A stretch of 64,000 nt of DNA, taken from the NCBI GenBank assembly GCA_963822945.1, contig CAWGJO010000033.1, positions 42,344 through 106,343 of the forward strand, written 5' to 3'. The notes below the pieces were generated by a model. The model worked only from the letters and a program-made list of their open reading frames with translations. It was not told where the DNA came from and did not search any database. This document shows, in pieces, positions 51,462-61,323 of the stretch. The stretch is from an uncultured Gemmatimonadaceae bacterium. GTDB taxonomy: Bacteria; Gemmatimonadota; Gemmatimonadetes; Gemmatimonadales; Gemmatimonadaceae. Positions within the stretch are counted from its first letter, which is position 1; each line of letters opens with the position of its first letter. A program made the position numbers and the translations under genes.

Positions 51462-54145
51462 CCGCGGCTCCCGACCGTCTCGCCACGGCGCTCGCCGACC
51501 GCTACCGCATCGAGCGCGAACTGGGGCAGGGCGGGATGGCCACCGTGTATCTGGCCGAGGATCTGAAGCACGACCGCAAGGTGGCGCTGAAGGTCCTGCG
51601 TCCGGAGCTCGCCGCCGTCATCGGCGCCGAGCGGTTCCTGAGCGAGATCAAGACCACCGCCAACCTCCAGCACCCGCACATCCTGCCGCTGTTCGATTCC
51701 GGCGAGGCGGGCGGGTTCCTGTTCTACGTGATGCCGTACGTGGAAGGCGAAACGGTGCGCGACCGGTTGAATCGCGAGAAGCAACTTCCGATCGCCGACG
51801 CGGTGCGCATCACCACCGAAGTGGCGAGCGCGCTGGACTACGCGCACCGGCACGGCGTGATCCACCGCGACATCAAGCCGGAGAACATCCTGCTGCACGA
51901 CGGGAGCGCGCTGGTGGCCGACTTCGGCATCGCGCTGGCCGTGAGCACCGCCGGCACGCGGATGACCGAGACCGGGATGAGCCTCGGCACGCCGCACTAC
52001 ATGAGTCCCGAGCAGGCGATGGGAGAGCGCGAGATCACGGCGCGCTCCGACGTGTACGCGCTGGGGTGCGTGTTGTACGAGATGCTCACCGGCGACCCGC
52101 CGTTCACGGGGAGCACGGCGCAGGCCATCGTGGCGCGCGTGGTGACGGAAACACCGCGTCCGCTCACGCTGCAGCGGCACACGATTCCGCCGCACGTCGA
52201 AGCGGCGGTGTTGACGGCGCTGGAGAAGCTGCCAGCCGACCGGTATGCGAGCGCCGCCGAATTTGCCGAAGCGCTGGCCCGGCCCGAGTTGATGGCGGCG
52301 ACCACTGCCGGCCGCGCGGCAGCGCGGCCGGCGGCGCGCGCATCCCGTCCCCTGCTCATCGGCTTGGTCGCCGCACTCGTGCTGACGGCCGGCGCCGCGG
52401 CGTGGGGATGGCTCGCGTATCGCCGGTCCGTCAACCAGCCGGCGTCGTGGCAGTACGTCACACTCGGCGACAGCGCGCGCGTGAATTCGGCGATCAACGC
52501 GCAGATCCTCGCCCTGTCGCCCGACGGGAATACGCTCGCGTTTCGCAACGAGGCCGCGGGAGGCGCGCTCTGGATCAAGCGGCGCGGGCAGCTCGATCCG
52601 GTGCCCCTGCCGGGCACGGACAATGCGTGGAACCCGGTGTTCTCCCCCGACGGCAAGTCGATCGCGTTCATCGCCGACCAGAAGCTGAAGCGCGTCGATC
52701 TGGCCGGCGGAGCGCCGGTGACGCTGGCCGATACCGCGGCGGGCGGCTACGGAGGCGTCGCGTGGATGGATGATGGGACGTTGATCTATTCCATGCCGTC
52801 GCAGGTGGATCTACGACGCGTCTCGGCGTCTGGCGGCGCGATCTCGGAAGTGCTCCATGACGACTCGAAGAGTGGCGGCGGCATCGGCTTTCCCGTGGCG
52901 CTTCCGCACTCGCGGGGCGTGCTCTTCCAGTACTGCGGTTCCGGATGCGTCACGATCGGCATCCGCGTACTCGATCTGAAGACCGGGCAACAGAAGACGT
53001 TGCTCGACAACGTCGTGTCGGCCTGGTATCTCCCCCTCGGCTTCCTGCTCTACATCCGACCTGACGGCACCGCGCTCGCGGCGCCGTTCGACCTCAAGAC
53101 GCTCACCATCACCGGCGCCGCCGTACCCGTGCTGGACCACGTGTTGGTGCAGGTCTCCAACGGCGTGGTGCCGTTTGCGTGGTCGGCGTCGGGTTCCGCG
53201 GTCTATCTTCCCGGCAGCGGCGTGGCGAGCCTCATGCGCGTCGTCCGCGTGACGCGGGACGGCGTTGCCACCCCGCTCGATACGTCGTGGGTGGGACACG
53301 TCAACTCGATGGCCGAATCGCCCGACGGCCGCCGGCTGGCCGTGGGGGACGGCGATCCGACCAGCCTCAACATCTGGATCAAGCAACTCGACGGCGGGCC
53401 GTACTCGCGGCTGAGCTTCGGCAATCAAGACCGTCGCCCCGTGTGGTCACCGGACGGCAGCGCGATCGCGTTCATCCGCGATACGGGGGCCACCGGGGGC
53501 GTGTTCGAGCGGCCGGCGAACGGCACCGGGGGCGACCGCCTGGTCGCCCGCCTGGGCGTGCGGGTGCAGGAGGTGTTCTGGACGCACGACGGCAAGTGGC
53601 TGGTGTTGCGCACCGACAACGCCGGCCCGGGCGCCGGCGACCTGATCGGCGTGCGGACCAGCGGCGATACGACGCCGGTGCCGCTGGTGGCGAGCCGGTT
53701 TTCCGAGATGGAGCCGGCCGTGTCGCCCGACAGTCGCTGGATCGCCTACACGTCCAACGAGTCGGGGGTGCCGGAGATCTACGTGCGCCCGTTCCCGAAC
53801 ACCACCGATGGCAGGTGGCAGGTGTCGTTGAACGGCGGCGATAGTCCCGTATGGTCGCCCGACGGGCGCTCCCTGTACTATCGGCGCGGCGATGCCCGGT
53901 TGGTGGAAGCCCGGCTCGAGGGCGGAACGACGTTCGGCGTCGCGTCGCGGCAGCCGCTGTTCGACGCGACGAACTACGCCGCGAGCGGTTTCCACCAGTC
54001 ATTCGTGGTCGAGCCGGGTGGCAAGACGTTCCTGTTCGCGGTCAGCGCGCAGGCCGGGGCCGGGGCCGGGTCCAGGGACGCCTCGGCGAAACTGGTCTGG
54101 GTGGACCACTGGTTCACCGACCTCAAACAGCGACTCAACCGGTAG
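51458..54145 (+). CDS. Ser/Thr protein kinase-TM-PD40 propeller, copy 2 (intact)
   Basis: Same motifs; ATGA overlap with copy 1. Confidence 0.93.
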   Translation: MTAAPDRLATALADRYRIERELGQGGMATVYLAEDLKHDRKVALKVLRPELAAVIGAERFLSEIKTTANLQHPHILPLFDSGEAGGFLFYVMPYVEGETVRDRLNREKQLPIADAVRITTEVASALDYAHRHGVIHRDIKPENILLHDGSALVADFGIALAVSTAGTRMTETGMSLGTPHYMSPEQAMGEREITARSDVYALGCVLYEMLTGDPPFTGSTAQAIVARVVTETPRPLTLQRHTIPPHVEAAVLTALEKLPADRYASAAEFAEALARPELMAATTAGRAAARPAARASRPLLIGLVAALVLTAGAAAWGWLAYRRSVNQPASWQYVTLGDSARVNSAINAQILALSPDGNTLAFRNEAAGGALWIKRRGQLDPVPLPGTDNAWNPVFSPDGKSIAFIADQKLKRVDLAGGAPVTLADTAAGGYGGVAWMDDGTLIYSMPSQVDLRRVSASGGAISEVLHDDSKSGGGIGFPVALPHSRGVLFQYCGSGCVTIGIRVLDLKTGQQKTLLDNVVSAWYLPLGFLLYIRPDGTALAAPFDLKTLTITGAAVPVLDHVLVQVSNGVVPFAWSASGSAVYLPGSGVASLMRVVRVTRDGVATPLDTSWVGHVNSMAESPDGRRLAVGDGDPTSLNIWIKQLDGGPYSRLSFGNQDRRPVWSPDGSAIAFIRDTGATGGVFERPANGTGGDRLVARLGVRVQEVFWTHDGKWLVLRTDNAGPGAGDLIGVRTSGDTTPVPLVASRFSEMEPAVSPDSRWIAYTSNESGVPEIYVRPFPNTTDGRWQVSLNGGDSPVWSPDGRSLYYRRGDARLVEARLEGGTTFGVASRQPLFDATNYAASGFHQSFVVEPGGKTFLFAVSAQAGAGAGSRDASAKLVWVDHWFTDLKQRLNR

Positions 54146-54153
54146 CCGATCCG

Positions 54154-56851
54154 ATGACCAACCCCCCGGAACGTCTCGCCGCCGCCCTGGCCGGCCGCTA
54201 CCGCATCGAGCGCGAACTCGGCGCCGGCGGCATGGCCACCGTGTATCTGGCCGAGGATCTGAAGCACGATCGGAAGGTGGCGCTCAAGGTGCTGAAGCCG
54301 GAGCTGGCCGCCGTGATCGGCGGCGAGCGGTTCGTCGTCGAGATCAAGACCACGGCGGCGCTGCAGTCACCCGCACATCCTGCCGCTGTTCGACTCGGGC
54401 ACCGTGGACGGCTTCCTGTACTACGTGATGCCGTACATCGAGGGCGAGACGCTCCGCGACAAGTTGAATCGCGAGACGCAGCTCGGCATCGACGAAGCGG
54501 TGCGCATCACGAGCGAGGTGGCCGACGCGCTGGACTATGCGCACCGGCACGGCGTGATCCACCGCGACATCAAGCCCGAGAACATCCTGCTGCACGACGG
54601 GCGGCCGATGGTGGCCGACTTCGGCATCGCGCTGGCGCTGAGCGCGGCGGCGGGCGGGCGCATGACCGAAACCGGCATGTCGCTCGGCACGCCGCACTAC
54701 ATGAGCCCCGAGCAGGCGACGGCGGACAAGGACATCTCCAACCGCTCCGACATCTACTCGCTGGGCAGCGTGCTGTACGAGATGCTCACCGGCGAGCCGC
54801 CGCACATGGGGAACTCGGCGCAGCAGATCATCATGAAGATCGTGACCGAGGAGGCCGCGCCGGTCACCAAGCTGCGCAAGAGTGTGCCGGCGAACGTGGC
54901 CGCGGCGGTGGCCAAGGCGGTGGAGAAGCTCCCGGCCGATCGGTTCGAGACGGCGAAAGCATTTGCCGACGCGCTCAACAATCCGGCGTTCGCGACGCAG
55001 GCGATCACCGCGGGGTCGTTCGCCGGCGTGCGGACCGGGCGGCCGCGTGTCGATGCTCGCCGTCCGGTGCCGCCGCCGCGGTCGTGGCGCTGGCGGCCGG
55101 TTGGGCAATCGGCCGCCGCGGCGGCGATCCCGGCAGCGTCGGTCCGACCGAGGTCGTGCACGCCACGCTCGGGCTCGCGGACAGTGTCACGGTTCCGGCG
55201 ATCGCGACCATGCGCCTGGCGATCTCGCCGTCGGGACGGCGCATCGCCTTCGTGGGCCAGAAGGACGGCGTCGTCCAACTCTGGGTGCGCGAACTGGCGA
55301 CGCCGCGGCGCATCCACTGCCGGATACCGAGGGGCCGCTCGATCCCTTCTTCTCCCCGGACGGAGAGTCGATCGGGTTCTACACCGGCACCGGTTCATCG
55401 AAGCGCACGCTCAAGGCCGTGAGCTTCGGCGGAGGCGCGGTCCGGACGATCGTCGCCGACTCGCGTGCCGTTCTACGGCGGTGGTTCATGGGGCGACGAC
55501 GGGCAGATCTACTTCACGTACGGCGCCGGCCTCGCCTCGGTCGCGGCGGCCGGCGGCCCGGTGACGGTGATCGCCCGACCGGACTCGGTGACCGGCGGCT
55601 CCGAATTCGACTTTCCCGAAGTGCTGCCAGGGAGCCAGCAACGTGCTCGTGATGGTCTGGCGGGGGTCGGCCGGCGCGGCCCACATCGCCGCCATCGACG
55701 TGGCCAGCGGGCACTTCACCGACCTGACGGCCGGGCACGATCGCCCGCTACGTGGCGCCGGGATTCCTGGCCATCGGGACTGCCGGACGGCCGCGTCATT
55801 GTCGCGCGCTTCGACGCGGCATCGGCTCGCCTCACGAGCGCGCCCGCTGCCGATGGTGCAGGACGTGCAGGCAGAGAGCACCAACGGCACCGTGCAGTTC
55901 GCGGTGTCGTCGACCGGGCATGGTGGTGTACGAGCGCCGGCCGGCGGCGGCGGGGGACTCGTCTGGGTGGACCGGACCGGCCCGATGACCGCCCGTGGAC
56001 ACCAGCCCGCACGGCGGGTACAAGGATCCCGTGCTGTCGCCGGACGGTACGCAGATCGCCGTGGCGCGGGAGGATGCCGGCGCGACGCAAGTCTGGGTGA
56101 AGCAGCTGCCGACCGGGGCGTTCAGCCGGCTCACGTCGGATCCGGGCAACGCCGACCGCCCCGACTGGTCGCCGGACGGGCGGCGCGTGGCGTACATGGC
56201 GACGGTGAACGGGGGGCGCACGCGCGTTCATCCGCCGCGCCGACGGGACCGACAGCGAGGAACCCGTGCTGGCAGCCGTGCCCAAGTTGGATGAGGTCGC
56301 CTTGGATCCGGTCGGCCGGTACATGGTGTTCCGCACCGAGGGTGTCGGGCAGGGCAGTCGCCATCTGCTCGTCGCGGAGCCCGGCAAGGACAGCGTGCCG
56401 CGGACGCTCATCGAGTCGCGATTCGACCACTATCGCCTGCGGCTTTCGCCCGACGGCCGCTGGCTCGCCTACGTATCCGAGGAATCCGGCAACGCCGAGG
56501 TCTACGTCCGGCCCTTCCCCAACGTCGACTCGGCGCGCATCGCGATCTCGGTGGGTGGCGGTATCGAGCCGGTCTGGAGCCGCAACGGCACCGAGCTGTT
56601 CTTCCGCGGCCAGCGCGGCGAGATGTTCGCCACTCCCGTCACCATGGGGGCCCGCTTCACGCATGGGGCGCCGAAGTTGTTGTTCACGCTTCCTGCGCTG
56701 GTGCAGGATCTGTACCATCGCGCCTACGACGTGACACCGGACGGCAAGCGGTTCCTGATGGTGCCGTCCGGCGGGCGACAACGCGGCCGACCTGAACGTG
56801 GTCTTCAACTGGCGCGTGGAGGTCGAGCGGGTAACGGAGAAGGGGAAGTGA
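54154..56851 (+). CDS. Ser/Thr protein kinase-TM-PD40 propeller, copy 3 (roughly ten frameshifts; pseudogene or consensus error)
   Basis: Kinase and propeller segments scattered over all three frames; ends LNVVFNWRVEVERVTEKGK*. Confidence 0.85.
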
Positions 56852-56994
56852 CGGAAGCGCTCGCGCGCCTGGCCGCGGCGTTGGCCGATCGCTACCGCTC
56901 TGCGCACTCGCATTCGATGTAAAATATGGGTGAGGGAAATGACGGAAGCGCTCGCGCGCCTGGCCGCGGCGTTGGCCGATCGCTACCGCTCTGC
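56843..56994 (+). repeat. 61-bp direct duplication of a kinase gene start
   Basis: 56843-56903 versus 56934-56994, one mismatch (GTG/ATG). Confidence 0.9.
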
Positions 56995-57351
56995 AGCACC
57001 CGCACATCCTCGCGCTGTTCGATTCGGGCGAGGTCGATGGTACGGTGTTCTACGTCGTGCCGTACGTGGAAGGCGAGCCGCTGCGCGACCGGCTGGCGCG
57101 GGAGAAGCAGCTGCCCGTGACCGACGCGGTGCGCATTGTCGGCGAGGTGGCCAGCGCGCTCGACTACGCCCCCCGCCACGGCGTGATCCACCGCGACATC
57201 AAGCCGGAGAACATCCTGCTGCACGACGGGCAGGCGCTGGTGGCCGACTTCGGCATCGCGCTGGCGGTGAGCCGCTCGGACTGCGGCACGCGCATGACCG
57301 AGACCTGCATGAGCCTCGGGCACGCCGCACTACATGAGTCCCGAGCAGGCG
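56848..57351 (+). pseudogene. Ser/Thr kinase remnant, copy 4
   Basis: Jumps from ADRYR directly to LQHPHIL (G-loop and VALK lost); keeps HRDIKPEN and DFG; similarity ends after YMSPEQA. Confidence 0.85.
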
Positions 57352-57452
57352 CTCTGGCGCTTCCGGCCGGACAGCACTCGAAGGCCGAAGCAGTGAACCG
57401 CGAACCCGCGGCTGATGGAATGTGTGCAACCCCACCCCCCAACCGGAGAACC

Positions 57453-58003
57453 ATGATGCACAAGCTCAGCAAAGCGGCGTTGGCAATTCTGACCATGGCG
57501 GCGGCTGCGGCCCTGCCTGGTTCCCTGTCGGCCCAGCACCCCGCGGGCATTCGAGGGGAAGTTCTGGAGCAGTTCAACGAGGCCGCCAACAAGCTGGTCC
57601 AGCTCGCCGAGGCGATTCCCCAGGCCAAGTACACCTGGCGTCCGATGGACGGCGTGCGCTCCGTGAGCGAGGTGCTGCTCCACGTGGCGGGGAGCGACGA
57701 GTACCAACTGGCGGCCGTCGGGGTGAAGGCGCCGTCGGGGGGGAGAACGACCTGGAGCACTCCACCACCGACAAGGCGCAGATCATCGCCCGGTTGAAGC
57801 AGTCGAACGATCGTGTGCGCGCCGCGATCCTGGCGATGTCGGACGCCGATCTGGAGAAAGCCACCAAGCAGTTCGGCATGGACATGACGTATCGCGGCGC
57901 GATCCTCCTGCTGGAGACGCACGCCCACGAGCACCTGGGGCAGATGATCGCCTACGCCCGGACGAACGGCGTCGTGCCGCCGTGGAGCCTCCCGGCGAAG
58001 TGA
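57453..58003 (+). CDS. Secreted DinB family protein (frameshift in the G-run near 57740)
   Basis: Signal peptide, WRPMDGVRSVSEVLLH, HAHEHLGQMIAYAR..VVPPWS. Confidence 0.82.
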
Positions 58004-58048
58004 GCAGGCGGAGCGCATTGCGTGTGAGTCTCTCTCCTGAGGTGTCCG

Positions 58049-58573
58049 ATGACGGAACTTCGACGGCGTAGTCTCATGCGTTGGGTGCACCGGGTGCAGG
58101 CGGGGGCGGCGGGAGGCCTCGTCGCCGGCGGTGTGGTGGCGGCCTTCTTCTTCCTGGTCGGCGCGATCGACCTGCATCCGCTTGCCGTCCCCGCGTCACT
58201 CGCGTCCGGATTGTTCGGTGGAGGGGGCGCCGCCCCGGGCGTTGCGAGTCCCCCTGAATCGTTCGTCGTCCTCGCCGTCGAGATGCTCGCCTACACGGCC
58301 ATCCACCTGCTGGCGTTCACCGGGGTCGGGGCGAGCGCGGGCATGGCAGTGAAAGCCTCGACGTTCTGGCGGACCCTGCTGAGCAGCACGCTCTACGTGA
58401 CCGTGGCCTGCACCGGCCTGCTCTACCTGGCCGGCTGGTTCGTCGCCACGCCGGTGGCCGTGGACGTACTGGGCCTTCCCCGCGTGCTGCTCGCGAACGC
58501 GGTAGCGGGCACGGTCATCGGGACGGCGCTCTACCTGCAGGAACAGAGCGACGCCCGCGAGATGACGGTCTGA
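58049..58573 (+). CDS. Four-TM membrane hypothetical protein
   Basis: GAGGTG RBS; hydrophobic helices; YTAIH motif. Confidence 0.7.
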   Translation: MTELRRRSLMRWVHRVQAGAAGGLVAGGVVAAFFFLVGAIDLHPLAVPASLASGLFGGGGAAPGVASPPESFVVLAVEMLAYTAIHLLAFTGVGASAGMAVKASTFWRTLLSSTLYVTVACTGLLYLAGWFVATPVAVDVLGLPRVLLANAVAGTVIGTALYLQEQSDAREMTV

Positions 58574-58615
58574 ACGCGTTCTGGCGATCGATCTCTCCAG
58601 GGGACATGTTCTGAT

Positions 58616-61323
58616 ATGGCAGACGACGTCGCCCGCCTCACCGCCGCCCTGGCCGACCGTTACCGCCTCGAGCGTGAGCTGGGGCAGGGCGGCATGGCCA
58701 CCGTCTATCTGGCCGAGGACCTGAAGCACGATCGCAAGGTCGCGATCAAGGTCCTCAAGCCCGAACTGGCCGCCGTGCTCGGCGCCGAGCGGTTCGTGAC
58801 CGAGATCAAGACGACGGCGGCGCTGCAGCATCCCAACATCCTGCCGCTGTTCGATTCGGGCGAAGCGGGCGGGTTCCTGTTCTACGTGATGCCGTACGTA
58901 GAAGGGGAAACGCTGCGCGCCAAGCTCGACCGCGAGACACAGCTTGGCGTGGACGAGAGTGTGAAGCTGGTGAGCGAGGTGGCTGACGCCCTACAGTACG
59001 CGCACGAGCACGGCGTGGTGCACCGCGACATCAAGCCGGAGAACATCCTGCTGCACGGCGGCCGGCCGATGGTGGCGGACTTCGGGATCGCCCTCGCGGT
59101 GAGTGCCGCCGCGGGCGGGCGGATGACCGAGACGGGATTGAGTCTCGGCACGCCGCACTACATGAGCCCCGAGCAGGCGACGGCCGAGAAGAACATCACA
59201 GCGCGCAGCGACGTGTACTCGCTGGCGAGTGTGCTGTACGAGATGCTCGCCGGGCAGCCGCCGCATCTGGGCGGCTCGGCGCAGCAGATCATCATGAAGA
59301 TCGTGACCGAGCCGGTGGAGCCGGTCACCCGCTATCGGAAATCGGTGCCGCCCAACGTCGCGGCAGCGCTCGCCCGGGCGCTGGAGAAGCTCCCGGCCGA
59401 CCGGTTCGAGAGCGCGAAGGCGTTCGCCGATGCGCTGGGCAATGCGTCGTTCACCACGGTTCACGCGGCGGCTGCCGGTGGCGGCACCGCAACACTCGCG
59501 GGCGGGAATCGCTGGCTGGCCGGAGCACTGGGCGCGGCGTTGCTCGCGGCCGGTGTCGGGATCGGCGCCCTGCTCAACCGGCACCAGTCGCCGACGCCCC
59601 ATGTGGTGCGCTTTACCGTTGCCCCGGGACCGGGACAGCAGCTCTTCACCAATCACCTGGTCGCGGAGACCTTCGCCCTGTCACCCGACGGGACCCGCCT
59701 CGCCTATGTGGCGACCGATTCCGGTGCCTCGTTGCCGACGCTGCACGTCCGTTCGCTCGACCAGTTCCGCTCGACGTCCTTCCCCGGCACGGAAGGTGCC
59801 GTCAGCGTGTTCTGGTCTCCCGATGGGCTCTGGATCGGCGTCGTGACCGTCAACCGGACGATCCTCAAGGTGTCGGCCGGTGGCGGGCCGGTCAGTCAGA
59901 TCGCGTCGGATGTCGACCGGGACGACGGACCGCCGTCGTGGGGGGACGATCACTTCATTGCGTACACCGATAACAATGTCCCGATGCGGGTGAGCGACGG
60001 TGGCGGTGCGGCAACGCCGCTGGTCGACACGACGAAGGCGAACGTCCAGGGCATTGCCCCCGTACTGCTTCCCGGCAGCCATGCCATGCTGCTCTCCGTC
60101 TGCCACGGCCGCATGTTCAGGGATGCGACCGGGATCTGGGGGTGCTGGATCTCGCCACGGGCAAGTTCAAGGTGCTCGTGGCAGGCGCCAATCGCGGCTG
60201 GTACCTGCCGGAGGGACTCCTGGCGTACGGCACCAAGGAAGGGGCGCTGTTCGCGGTCAAGTTCAACCTGAAATCCCTCACGGTCACGAGTGCGCCGGTG
60301 GGGGTGCTCGACGGCCTCAAGACCGGATCACGGTTCGCGCTTGCCGAGGTGGCCATCTCGGCGTCGGGTACCGCGGCGTATCTCCCGGTCGGGGCCCAGC
60401 CCGGCGGCGTCATCGTGCAGCGGGACCGGACCGGTCGTGAAGAGACGATCGTTGGCAAACCGGGGTCGTACAACGACCCTCGACTTTCCCCCGACGGCCG
60501 GCGCGTGCTGTTCTACGGCCCGGACGCCAAGGGCGTGAACCAGCTCTGGATCTACGACCGGGCGTCACTCACCACGCGACAGCTCACCTTCGACGGGGTG
60601 AGCATCCGTCCCACGTGGTCCCCCGACGGCAACCGGGTGGCGTTCTCCGGAGAACGCGGCTCGGTGTGGCATACCATGTGGATGCCCGCGGACGGCTCGC
60701 GGCCGGCGGCGCGGGTGAGCAAGGGGCGGGATGTGGTCGGCACCTCGGCGGTGTCGTGGACTCGCGATGGCAAGTGGATCGTGGTGGACGGCCCGCCAAG
60801 CGACGGGAAAGGGGCCGGCGGCGAAGACGTATTCGCCATCCCCACCACGGACACGTCGCACGCCATGCGCCCGGCGGTGGCCTCCCCGGCAAATGAGCAG
60901 CTTGGCGAGGTGTCGCCCGACGGCAAGTGGATCGCGTTCAACTCCGATGATGCCGGCCAGTACCAGGTCTACATTCAGCCGTTCCTCGCGCCGGGAGGGC
61001 GCACGTTGATCTCTACCGGGAACGCGGAGGAACCCGCCTGGCTGTCGAACAATGAGCTCGTGTACCTCAATCGGGAGACCGACAGCCTGACGCTCGCCCA
61101 CCTGACGTTCGGGCGCACCATCGAGGTGACGCGAACGCCGCTGTTCAGTTTCCAGAACTACCAGAGCGGAACCGTTTCGGAACGGGCGTACGACGTCTCG
61201 CGCGATGGCAAGGACTTCATCCTGGTCAAGCCGCTGGCCGGCCGCGAGGCGGTCGCGCCGGTCGTCGTGCTGAACTGGACCACCGAGGTGAAACGCCTGA
61301 TGGCGGCGGCGGGGGTCAAGTGA
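58616..61323 (+). CDS. Ser/Thr protein kinase-TM-PD40 propeller, copy 5 (frameshift near 60120)
   Basis: ORFs 58616-60271 and 60142-61323 join; ends VVVLNWTTEVKRLM. Confidence 0.9.
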
